DNA of 24,000 bases. Origin: Peribacillus sp. RS7. GTDB taxonomy: Bacteria > Bacillota > Bacilli > Bacillales > DSM-1321. The translations under genes were made by a program, and so were the position numbers. Below the pieces are notes generated by a model that did no database searches, was not told where the DNA came from, and saw only the letters and a list, made by a program, of their open reading frames with translations. Location: the NCBI RefSeq assembly GCF_041956845.1, contig NZ_CP168135.1:911353-935352 (forward strand). The letters are read 5' to 3'. Shown one piece after another: positions 7,947 to 15,562 of the stretch (position 1 is its first letter; every line of letters begins with the position of its first letter).

Positions 7947-8149
7947 TGGTTTCACCCCCTTATAGTTATCATTACCCAAGGAACATATGTTTGTCAACAA
8001 GGATACTTTGGCTTATGCCAACCGCCATTCATCTCCCCCTTACCGTTGGGCTCTCGCCCTTCACACGCTTGAAGAGGGAGTCTTCTGGCGGGAAATGATA
8101 AAACCGAAACGCTGGATCGTTAATTAGCCTTAATCGATTGCATCACAAT

Positions 8150-8197
8150 AGCCCCCAAGACTGGTGATTTTCCTCCAGTCTTGGGGGCTGCTTTTTT
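8150..8197 (+). terminator. Strong terminator hairpin between the pre-insertion esterase 3' end and the convergent esterase-2 remnant
   Basis: AGCCCCCAAGACTGG (8150-8164) pairs with CCAGTCTTGGGGGCT (8175-8189), a 15-bp perfect stem, then GCTTTTTTC. Confidence 0.7.
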
Positions 8198-8210
8198 CAA
8201 AGATCTTTAT

Positions 8211-8688
8211 CTATTGGGGCGAATTGAAAGGCCCTACTATAATGGTCGGCACTACAGAAGCATGATTTTCATCCATCGCTACATACAGCTCAACGCTAAT
8301 TCCTTTAATGATTGTCTATTCAGCATGGCATATAGAACTTTGCATCCTCTACAATAAACCCTTCCTCACTTCCAACAGTGATCAAAAGCCATTGATCGAT
8401 ACAATGATCGCAATCAGCATGCAGCAGAACCTCATGATCGTTCCACCAAATGGAAGGACTTGATGCCCACATACGATAAAAAGCTTTGGTTGAGTAAAAA
8501 GCGCCCAGAGCAGGTTGATAGGCCCACTGCCAACATGTTTTTGTTAACCTGTTATTTAAATAGCTTTTTCCATACCATCTTGTTACCCTTATGCTTTTCC
8601 TTATTAATCCGTATATAAAGGTTACGGTAAAATTAATGAATGATTCAGCTACAAGTTTTTTAGCAAGAAATAACCGATAACTAAGCAA
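8211..8688 (-). pseudogene. Decayed second esterase-family gene (truncated N-terminus, degenerate nucleophile motif, frameshift near the C-terminus)
   Basis: The 122-aa track ORF contains ASSPSIWWNDHEVL, compare SLSASFWYEDVL in the neighbouring esterase. Where GxSxG is expected it has AYQPALGAF. The C-terminal piece IIKGISVELYVAMDENHASVVPT...* (to the stop at 8211-8213) is in a different frame. Confidence 0.55.
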
Positions 8689-8781
8689 GGGTTTTCCTCG
8701 TAAAAATGTTTTGTGGTATGATAGTTAAATTGTTTATCTACCCTGTGTCACATTTACATTCATCTAAGAAAAGAGGTATTT

Positions 8782-9972
8782 ATGCACGCCACAGAATTAT
8801 CCAAGCGTCATTGGTTACTTATCTTAACACTTACTTTATTAACATTTGTTCTCGGGACAAGCGAATTTGTTATCATCGGGATCTTAACCGATATTTCCTC
8901 GAGTCTCTATATCACAAATGCAAAAGCAGGCACACTCGTTTCTGCGTTTGCGATTACGTTTGCCATTGCCACACCACTCGTGATGTCGGCAACGAGTCAT
9001 TTTCCAAAGCGTAAATGGATGTTGTTTTTGATAGGTTCGTTCATCATCCTGAATGCTTTGTGCGTGATTTCGACGAGCTACATCATGCTCCTTGCACTTC
9101 GGATGCTGACTGCGATTGTAACAGGGGTTTTAATTTCTCTTGCCATGGTTGTTGCAAGTGAAACCATACCGATCCCTAAACGCGGACTTGCTATATCATT
9201 CGTTTTCGGTGGCTTTACTCTTGCAAACGTGATTGGAGTACCAATAGGCACTGTCATCGCTGAATGGTACAACTGGAATGCAACCTTCCTGTTAACGACT
9301 TTTCTCGGAGCTATTGCGTTTTTGGCATCTTTCTTCATTTTGCCTACTATGCACAGTCCAATTCGGAGTTCGATGCGTGATCAATTTTCTTTGTTAACAC
9401 ACCCACGAATTTTAATGGCTTTTTTCATTCCATCTCTTGGATTTGGAGCGACGTATGCTGTTTATACGTATCTCGTTCCAATCCTGAAAGTTATGGAAGC
9501 ACCAAGTAGTTCAATCAGTTTGATTTTGTTTGGCTACGGATTTATTTCCATTTTCAGCAACATACTCGCGGGTAAAATTGCCAGCTACAATGCTATCGGA
9601 CGCCTCCGGTTTGTTTTCCTCGTGCAAGCAATTGTTCTGATCAGTTTATATTGGACGACAAATAATTTTATCTTTGGATTGGTTAACATTGGCCTGATGT
9701 CGTTAATGGCCATCCTCTTAACAACATCCACCCAGCTTTATTTGATAGACCTTGCCGGTATCTATCAACCAAAAGCTACAGGACTAGCTGCTTCACTGAT
9801 GCCAGTAGCAAGCAATGTCGGTATCGCCTTTGGTTCCGCATTAGGCGGAATTGTTTACCATCAGGGAAATTTGATGAGTGTGACATGGGTCGGTGGGCTG
9901 GTTGCTATCTGTGCAAGTCTTCTAACTTTCCTAAGTCATCGCTTAGACCAAAAACAAAAGAAAGCAGCATAA
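8782..9972 (+). CDS. MFS transporter, DHA1 / AraJ-YdhP-PbuE-like efflux type
   Basis: ORF track 396 aa, about 12 TM helices, RBS AAGAGG. N-terminal pattern LGTSEFVIIGILTDISSSL...AGTLVSAFAITFAIATPL is typical of this subfamily. Confidence 0.8.
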   Translation: MHATELSKRHWLLILTLTLLTFVLGTSEFVIIGILTDISSSLYITNAKAGTLVSAFAITFAIATPLVMSATSHFPKRKWMLFLIGSFIILNALCVISTSYIMLLALRMLTAIVTGVLISLAMVVASETIPIPKRGLAISFVFGGFTLANVIGVPIGTVIAEWYNWNATFLLTTFLGAIAFLASFFILPTMHSPIRSSMRDQFSLLTHPRILMAFFIPSLGFGATYAVYTYLVPILKVMEAPSSSISLILFGYGFISIFSNILAGKIASYNAIGRLRFVFLVQAIVLISLYWTTNNFIFGLVNIGLMSLMAILLTTSTQLYLIDLAGIYQPKATGLAASLMPVASNVGIAFGSALGGIVYHQGNLMSVTWVGGLVAICASLLTFLSHRLDQKQKKAA

Positions 9973-10082
9973 GAGAAAGCTAAGAACGCCTTGGTATGCT
10001 TCCTAGGGTACCTCTATAGAACAAAATCTTTCCATGTCCTAATAAAAGGGATTACAGTTAATCCTTCAAATAAAATTGAAGA

Positions 10083-10127
10083 AAGAAGTATCAAGAAAGT
10101 TAGTTGTTCTTTGATACTTCTTTTTTT
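10083..10127. terminator. Bidirectional terminator between the convergent MFS and XRE-cupin genes
   Basis: AAGAAGTATCAA...TTGATACTTCTT, a 12-bp stem, followed by TTTTTTTAAAAAAA. This gives a U-run on either strand. Confidence 0.7.
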
Positions 10128-10223
10128 AAAAAAACTAGGTGCTTACCTCTAAAAACCAAGCGGACAATTGCGATTTACGCTGCCTGAATTATACGCTTTT
10201 TCTTCCATTTATATACCGTGACG

Positions 10224-10736
10224 TTATTTCGACGACACCACCAAAAACCGGACAATTTGATCCGAGAAGTTAAACCAGTAATGGGCTTTTCTAGCATCGA
10301 ACATGAACGAATGCTGTTCATGGAGTTCTATTCTTTCTCCCTCTATTTCCACTGTTAACTTCCCTTCGATAATGAATAAAAATTCATGTCCGCTATGAGA
10401 AAAAGCGCTTCCTTTATTTTCCCCTGGCTTTAACGTGACTAGAATAGGCGAAAAAACAGCATCACGAATGCCGCTGGATAAATTCTGATAATGAAATTGT
10501 TCATGATTATAATCTGAATTTTCTTGGGAGCGGTCCTCAGAAAAAAAGAAACTTGGATTGACATCTAATGTATCAGCGATTTTTTTTAATGACTCTAATG
10601 TGACGCTTGATTTTCCCCGTTCTACTTGTGATAAAAAGCTGATCGAAACGCCTGTTTGTTCAGCCAGACTCTTTAATGTTAGTTTTCGCTCTTTCCTCAA
10701 TAATTTGAGTTTTTTTCCGATTGAATCAAAAGGCAT
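10224..10736 (-). CDS. XRE-family HTH transcriptional regulator with C-terminal cupin sensor domain
   Basis: ORF track 170 aa, RBS AAGGGGG. HTH: LTLKSLAEQTGVSISFLSQVERGKSSVTLESLKKIADTL. Cupin-like C-terminus: HSGHEFLFIIEGKLTVEIEGERIELHE. Confidence 0.85.
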   Translation of the reverse strand: MPFDSIGKKLKLLRKERKLTLKSLAEQTGVSISFLSQVERGKSSVTLESLKKIADTLDVNPSFFFSEDRSQENSDYNHEQFHYQNLSSGIRDAVFSPILVTLKPGENKGSAFSHSGHEFLFIIEGKLTVEIEGERIELHEQHSFMFDARKAHYWFNFSDQIVRFLVVSSK

Positions 10737-10827
10737 ACAGATGCCCCCTTTTTTACATAGTATCTAGCTTCATTATACAGACAAAATTTGATGAATGCTC
10801 CGTCATTAATAACTTATTAAAAAAATA

Positions 10828-10856
10828 TTGACAGAAAATTTCTAATTATTTAAAAT
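10828..10856 (+). promoter_or_regulatory. Sigma-A-type promoter for the MHS transporter / OCD operon
   Basis: TTGACA (10828-10833), a 17-nt spacer, then TAAAAT (10851-10856). Confidence 0.55.
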
Positions 10857-10870
10857 AAAGAAAATAAAAT

Positions 10871-10893
10871 AAATTGAAGTGATACTTCAATTT
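10871..10893. promoter_or_regulatory. Perfect 10-3-10 palindrome; candidate operator of the divergent XRE-cupin regulator
   Basis: AAATTGAAGT-GAT-ACTTCAATTT lies between the predicted -10 and the RBS of the gene starting at 10908. Confidence 0.45.
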
Positions 10894-10907
10894 TAAAGGG
10901 GTGACTC

Positions 10908-12209
10908 ATGATGGAAAAGAAACAAATGCGGCGAATATTAATCGCGAGTTTAGTCGGAAGTTCGATTGAGTGGTTTGACTATTTTTTATATGGGACCGTT
11001 GCAGCTCTCGTGTTTAACCAGCTATTCTTCGTGAATGAGGATCCGACAATAGGGCTGTTGCTTTCCTATGCATCCTTTGCGTTAGCATTCTTCATCCGCC
11101 CTTTTGGCGGAGTGATCTTTAGTCATATTGGCGATCGTATCGGGAGAAAGAAAACACTTGTTATAACACTAAGTTTAATGGGGGTCGCAACATTTGGGAT
11201 GGGGCTTCTTCCTACGTATCAAGCCGTTGGTATTTGGGCGCCGATTTTATTAATCACGTTGCGCTTAGTTCAAGGTCTAGGAATTGGCGGTGAATGGGGA
11301 GGCGCGCTTTTATTGGCCGTTGAATATGCTCCCGCTGAAAAACGGGGCTTGTTCGGAGCTATTCCCCAGATGGGTGTTACAATAGGAATGCTGCTTGGAA
11401 CCATTGCCTTATCTATTATGACACTGCTTCCTGAAAGCGCATTCATGACTTGGGGATGGCGTTTACCATTTATTTTTAGTGCTTTGCTTGTGTTTTTTGG
11501 CCTATGGATTCGTAAAGGAATCGATGAAACACCGTCTTTCAAAAAAGTAAAGGAATCCGGAGAAGTTCCAAAGCTACCGATTGTAGAAACTCTTAAGAAT
11601 TATTGGCGTGAAGTGATTATCGCCGTGGGAGCCAAAGTGGTAGAAACAGCGCCATTTTATATTTTCAGCACATTTGTCGTATCATATGCTACTTCGAATC
11701 TCGGTTTCTCACGGACAGCTACCTTGACTGCAGTCATGATTGCAACAATTATAACGACAATTTTAATACCATTCATGGGGATGTTATCCGATAAAATTGG
11801 CCGCAAAAAGCTGTTTATAGCCGGAACGATTGGGATGGCACTGTTTGCATTCCCATACTTCTGGTTGCTGCAGCAAAAATCGGTACTCCTATTAATCATT
11901 GCAACAGTGATAGGTTTAGGGGTTATTTGGGCTCCAATCACAGCTGTTCTTGGAACGATGTTCTCGGAAATTTTCGATGCAAGGATTCGTTATACCGGCA
12001 TCACGCTTGGATATCAAATCGGGGCAGCTCTGGCAGGAGGAACAGCGCCGCTAGTTGCAACTGCTTTACTTAATAGGTTTAATAACTCCTATGTTCCTGT
12101 CGCCATTTATATTATTTTTGCATCTGTCCTTTCCCTAGCGGCGATTTGGGCAGTTAAGGATCGCAGCAATCAGAAATTAGACGAAACGCATAATAGTAGC
12201 GCCATGTAA
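10908..12209 (+). CDS. MFS metabolite:H+ symporter (MHS family; ProP/KgtP/ShiA-like)
   Basis: ORF track 433 aa. Hallmarks: GSSIEWFDYFLYG, FIRPFGGVIFSHIGDRIGRKK, GLGIGGEWGGA, LSDKIGRKK. Confidence 0.85.
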   Translation: MMEKKQMRRILIASLVGSSIEWFDYFLYGTVAALVFNQLFFVNEDPTIGLLLSYASFALAFFIRPFGGVIFSHIGDRIGRKKTLVITLSLMGVATFGMGLLPTYQAVGIWAPILLITLRLVQGLGIGGEWGGALLLAVEYAPAEKRGLFGAIPQMGVTIGMLLGTIALSIMTLLPESAFMTWGWRLPFIFSALLVFFGLWIRKGIDETPSFKKVKESGEVPKLPIVETLKNYWREVIIAVGAKVVETAPFYIFSTFVVSYATSNLGFSRTATLTAVMIATIITTILIPFMGMLSDKIGRKKLFIAGTIGMALFAFPYFWLLQQKSVLLLIIATVIGLGVIWAPITAVLGTMFSEIFDARIRYTGITLGYQIGAALAGGTAPLVATALLNRFNNSYVPVAIYIIFASVLSLAAIWAVKDRSNQKLDETHNSSAM

Positions 12210-12242
12210 CCTATGGTTTTTTACTTCAAGGAGGACAATTGA

Positions 12243-13226
12243 ATGTTGGTTATAAGTGAAAAGGAAATTCAACAATCATATGGAATGAAGGACGCAATTT
12301 CGGATGTAAAGGCCGTATTACGTGCACATGGTGCTAGAAAAATAGACAACCCTCATCGCACAGTTCTTGCTTTCCCTCAACACGAGGCATCGGCACTTTA
12401 CATGCCAAGCGCTGATTTATCTGAAGAAGTTTCGGCGGTCAAAGTTGTTACCATTTTTCCAAAGAATCCTTCAAGGGGAATGGCAACAACACAAGGAGTC
12501 ATCTTGCTGTCAGATGCGGAAAATGGCGAACATTTAGCGTTGTTGAATGCCTCATATTTAACACGTCTCAGAACGGGGGCATTGAGCGGCATTGCCACAG
12601 ACTTTCTTGCTCGTAAAGACGCCAGGGTTCTCACGATTATTGGAACAGGAGCTATGGGATTTGAACAAGCACTTGGTGTGTTAGCCGTAAGGGACATTGA
12701 GCGTATTTTATTAGTAAATCGTACACCAGAGAAAGCGAAGAAATTCGGTGAAAAGCTGCGGGCATTCGGAGTAACCGTTCCTTTTGAAGTTTGCGAAGAT
12801 GTTTCAACAGCTGTTCGTCAAGCAGATATTATTTGCTGTGCAACCCGCTCGAACGAGCCTGTATTTAATGGGCTGGATTTAAAGCCGGGCACACACATTA
12901 ACGGGGTCGGTTCTTATTTGCCGTATATGAAAGAAGTGGATAATACCACGGTTTCACGCGCTGCTAAAATTATCGTCGACGATTTGGCGGGCGTGAAGGA
13001 TGAAGCAGGAGAACTCATTCATGCAGCCAATCACGGAAATTGGTCGTTTAATGATATTCATGGGGAGCTTTTTGAACTTGTAATGCTGATCAAAACAGGC
13101 AGGGAAAATGATGAGGAAATTACCTTCTTTAAATCAGTCGGTGCAGCTTACTTTGACCTCGCTGTGGCAAAAGGTGTTTACTGCCAATCGAAAGAACGGA
13201 ACATCGGGATGGAGATTGAGGTATAA
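12243..13226 (+). CDS. Ornithine cyclodeaminase / mu-crystallin family NAD-dependent enzyme
   Basis: ORF track 327 aa, RBS AAGGAGGA. Motifs: LTRLRTGALSGIATDFLA, and Rossmann segment TIIGTGAMGFEQ. Sits 33 nt downstream of the transporter, so probably in the same operon. Confidence 0.8.
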   Translation: MLVISEKEIQQSYGMKDAISDVKAVLRAHGARKIDNPHRTVLAFPQHEASALYMPSADLSEEVSAVKVVTIFPKNPSRGMATTQGVILLSDAENGEHLALLNASYLTRLRTGALSGIATDFLARKDARVLTIIGTGAMGFEQALGVLAVRDIERILLVNRTPEKAKKFGEKLRAFGVTVPFEVCEDVSTAVRQADIICCATRSNEPVFNGLDLKPGTHINGVGSYLPYMKEVDNTTVSRAAKIIVDDLAGVKDEAGELIHAANHGNWSFNDIHGELFELVMLIKTGRENDEEITFFKSVGAAYFDLAVAKGVYCQSKERNIGMEIEV

Positions 13227-13248
13227 CAGAAGCTCGTACATGTTGCGG

Positions 13249-13540
13249 TCTATTATTTGAGTTAAATCCAGAAGGAACTCATGATGACCTATTCTTTTCC
13301 AACTACTTCATTAAGTCGCTTCGTCGGTTATTTGGCATTGAAATAGAAACGATGGATCGTTAATCATTAAAATAGCCGCAAAGAATGGTGATGTTCACCA
13401 AGTCTCGGCGGCTGGTTTTTACAAAGGTCTTTATTTATCGGCGAATGGTACGGCACTGCTCATGGTGGTCGGCACTACAGACGCATGATTTTCTTCCATT
13501 GCTACATACAGCTCCACTGCTAACTTTTTCAATCACGTTT
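13249..13540 (+). repeat. Diverged duplicate of 6555-6661 plus 8106-8310 (esterase 3' end, intergenic hairpin region, esterase-2 3' end), without the IS
   Basis: 13262-13343 versus 6578-6661 shows about 7 mismatches in 84 nt by eye, with the reading frame preserved (PEGTHDDLFFSNYFIKSLRRLFGIEIETMDR*). Downstream similarity is lower but clear, for example ggtcggcactacaga(a/c)gcatgattttc. Confidence 0.75.
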
Positions 13541-13636
13541 ACTTTATCATCAATTGCTGTAGAATACTTACCAAATGTTTTAGCTTTAACCGTACCCCTG
13601 CCAACAACAGTTGGTTTTAGGATTGTAAGGCAATAG
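13431..13636 (-). pseudogene. Mosaic remnant: 45-bp LXG-toxin linker fragment (LLPYNPK...) fused to a fragment of the esterase-2 C-terminus
   Basis: 13592-13636 aligns to 505-552 of the LXG toxin gene (ctattgcc(t/a)tacaatcctaaaa...gttggcagggg) with indels that break the frame. 13431-13535 encodes LKKLAVELYVAMEENHASVVPTTMSSAVPFADK*, preceded by an in-frame TGA. Confidence 0.5.
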
Positions 13637-13668
13637 ATGTGTTTAACTATTTAGAAATCTTTAATTAC

Positions 13669-14205
13669 TTAACTTACGCCAGAATCATTTCCAAGTATTT
13701 TCTCTAATAATCCCATCTGACTAACTATTTCAATATCATTTTTAAAATTTTGTAAACTAGCATTATGTTCATCGTATTCTAAATCTTTGGAGTAGCCAAT
13801 ACATAAGTTTAATATACTGTTTAGTTTTTCAGCAGAACCACTAATAAAATAGGTCGTGAGTATTTTATTATTTGTGCTTGCAAGTACTACAATTGTTGCC
13901 ATGTCCAGTGCATATTCTATGTCTGTATCTGAAATCTTTCTATTCTTTTTCTTAGGGTATTTAAATTCATAGCTATTAATAGAATGAATTTTTCCTGTGA
14001 TTAATTCTAGTATCGTTTTATTATAGATTAAATATACTCCTTTAATTAGCTTCATTTCTGGAGCATAAGGATCAGCCAGTATATATTTTATACGTTCATC
14101 TTCTTTAGGAATCTCTATTCCGTCTAAATCAAGCTCTAATATATAAGCTACTTCCTCAATTCTTTTAGGAGGGAATAAATTCGCGAAGCCGTATTTTTTT
14201 TCCAT
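13669..14205 (-). CDS. Hypothetical cytoplasmic protein; candidate polymorphic-toxin immunity protein by context only
   Basis: ORF track 178 aa, RBS AAGGGAG. No TM helix or signal peptide. AT-rich. An orphan LXG-linker fragment starts 33 nt after its stop, which is the typical immunity-then-orphan-CT layout. Confidence 0.55.
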   Translation of the reverse strand: MEKKYGFANLFPPKRIEEVAYILELDLDGIEIPKEDERIKYILADPYAPEMKLIKGVYLIYNKTILELITGKIHSINSYEFKYPKKKNRKISDTDIEYALDMATIVVLASTNNKILTTYFISGSAEKLNSILNLCIGYSKDLEYDEHNASLQNFKNDIEIVSQMGLLEKILGNDSGVS

Positions 14206-14228
14206 AGAATACTCCCTTTGTAAATGGA

Positions 14229-14604
14229 TTATTTATCCAAATGCTCATAAAAAGAACTGAAACGATCACACCAACCACAAATACCCATTTCATTCAAACC
14301 ACACATTTCTTGAAAATTATAACTATAGGTAGAAGAGCCTTGCTCAAAAGGAGGCGAATATCGTTAAATAGAACAAAGCAGATAAAAAAGTAATCCGCAT
14401 CACCTACAGTTTCTTGTGGAACATCCACATCTACCGCAAAAGTACCATCCATTTCATTACCTTTAGATTTTTTATATCCTCCGAACTTACGTCACTTACA
14501 TCATCTTTCTCGGAATCGGAACAAGCTGAAACTATCAAAGAAAGACTAACTATAAATAATAGTGAAGCAAGTAACTGAACTTTTTTCTTACCCATCGTTT
14601 TCAT
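14229..14604 (-). pseudogene. Small lipoprotein gene broken by two frameshifts
   Basis: ATG 14604 encodes MKTMGKKKVQLLASLLFIVSLSLIVSACSDSEKDD (lipobox VSAC) and stops after 57 codons. The reading continues in a second frame (KSKGNEMDGTFAVDVDVPQETVGDADYFF) and a third (YSPPFEQGSSTYSYNFQEMCGLNEMGICGWCDRFSSFYEHLDK*). No track ORF lies here. Confidence 0.5.
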
Positions 14605-14692
14605 TACTCTTCTTCCTGTTAGTATTTCTTATAAGCAGCGGTATAAGAAGCTTTATCATAATGCTATAATAACCAAAAATTCAGATTGAAAT

Positions 14693-14733
14693 ATCCCAAA
14701 ATTGAATTCAGGATTTTCATATATGGAATATTT
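14693..14733 (-). promoter_or_regulatory. Conserved 41-nt upstream motif, copy B
   Basis: ATCCCAAAATTGAATTCAGGATTTTCATATATGGAATATTT lies 89-129 nt upstream of the lipoprotein pseudogene start. Weaker similarity to copy A extends about 20 nt further toward the gene. Confidence 0.5.
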
Positions 14734-14870
14734 AATAATATTAATTAAACCAAATATACTCGTGTGATATCAGATGCATTGAAGAAAAAAACTATGATTA
14801 CTATTTTTTATATAATCAAATTTAGCCACCATCAATTACCTTTTATATTGGTAAAAGTTTCAACTAATAA

Positions 14871-15110
14871 TCACTCATTTTTTATTGATTTTTGAACGAA
14901 TAAGTATAGATAAAGCACAAGTACCATAGAGAATAAAGCTATGAAAAGTAAAGGTACTAATATTGTTGATATTTGATCTTTTGGGACAACCCAAAATAAT
15001 AGAACTGCAAAGGAAATTGTTCCACTTAACCCCACGAATATCGCATAAAATAATAATCCGAAATTTAAAGCCTTTTTATAATTCTCTTTATTTGTAGACA
15101 TCAATATCAA
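14871..15110 (-). CDS. Small two-TM membrane protein, function unknown
   Basis: ORF track 79 aa. RBS GGTGGTGA upstream of TTG 15110 / ATG 15101. Two hydrophobic helices: FGLLFYAIFVGLSGTISFAVLLFWVV and ILVPLLFIALFSMVLVLYLYLFV. Confidence 0.55.
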   Translation of the reverse strand: MILMSTNKENYKKALNFGLLFYAIFVGLSGTISFAVLLFWVVPKDQISTILVPLLFIALFSMVLVLYLYLFVQKSIKNE

Positions 15111-15293
15111 AATTCACCACCTAATTTTAATTTTGTTTTAACCACTGTTTTTTAGAATTACTTATCATCTTCTAATCCTGCCTTTACTCCTACTCCGATA
15201 CCGTAACTTTAGAAAAATAACTTCAAGCAACTCCCTATTTGGAGTAAGCACCAGTCAACAACTCCTCCTCAGACCCTATATTTTACAACAAAT

Positions 15294-15331
15294 AAAAAAA
15301 AATCCATCTTAAAAAAAGATGGATTCTTTTT
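15294..15331. terminator. Bidirectional terminator hairpin
   Basis: AATCCATCTT-aaaaa-AAGATGGATT, a 10-bp perfect stem, flanked by an A-run upstream and a T-run downstream. Confidence 0.6.
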
Positions 15332-15372
15332 CTATCTGTGTTGCTGTGTCAACTTAGTTTTCATGCAGAGTT

Positions 15373-15492
15373 GATTGAAACGGAAGGTGCAAGACTCCTG
15401 CGGGAAAAGCGTGTCCAATGGAGACCCCACAGGCGCAAAAGCGCCGAGGGCGGACCGCCCGCGGAAAGCGAGTGCCTGCAGTGGAATGAAAC
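15373..15492 (+). repeat. GC-rich intergenic repeat, copy 1
   Basis: gattgaa..actcctgcggg..gagaccccacaggcgcaaaagcgccgaggg..cggaaagcgag. Sharply GC-rich against AT-rich surroundings. Shares ordered blocks with the reverse complement of 17609-17729. The track ORFs here (15338-15568, 15361-15573) are artefacts of the GC-rich repeat. Confidence 0.6.
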
Positions 15493-15562
15493 GTTCAAAG
15501 CACACCCTCCAACATGGGCAAGTTGTATGACCCCTATAATGCGGAAGATTGACTTAATTAAT

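Larger units (their letters stand above)
6659..8108 (-). mobile_element. IS200/IS605-family element carrying tnpB only (no tnpA), about 1.45 kb; boundaries ambiguous by the 3-nt GAA present at both junctions
   Basis: A diverged paralog at 13249-13540 runs ...ggcattgaaatagaaacgatggatcgttaa without the 1.45-kb block. The flanks 6555-6661 and 8106-8310 are contiguous in that copy. No target duplication beyond the 3-nt ambiguity, as expected for IS605-type elements. Subterminal hairpins at both ends. Confidence 0.85.

Noticed and set aside
8726-8744. Second Fur box upstream of the MFS gene (gatagttaaattgtttatc)
   Set aside because: Only 13/19 matches to the consensus, in AT-rich DNA. This is indistinguishable from background.
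8706-9014. Plus-strand 102-aa ORF overlapping the MFS start
   Set aside because: It is out of frame with the 396-aa MFS gene, which has an RBS and 12 TM helices. The peptide is Cys/His/Arg-rich and not protein-like.
10072-10122. Similarity between the operator palindrome (AAATTGAAGT..ACTTCAATTT) and sequences in the 10083-10127 terminator (aaattgaag, gatacttc)
   Set aside because: The shared words are short and AT-rich, and they are explained by the terminator stem. No second full palindrome is present.
9078-12697. Antisense or overlapping ORFs 9078-9338, 10558-10767, 11270-11542, 11657-11941 and 12398-12697
   Set aside because: They are embedded in well-supported transporter, regulator and OCD genes on the opposite strand. 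No RBS and no recognisable motifs.
13385-13636. Plus-strand 83-aa ORF
   Set aside because: It spans the mosaic scar (hairpin region, esterase-2 tail and LXG linker read on the wrong strand). The homology evidence points to minus-strand remnants.
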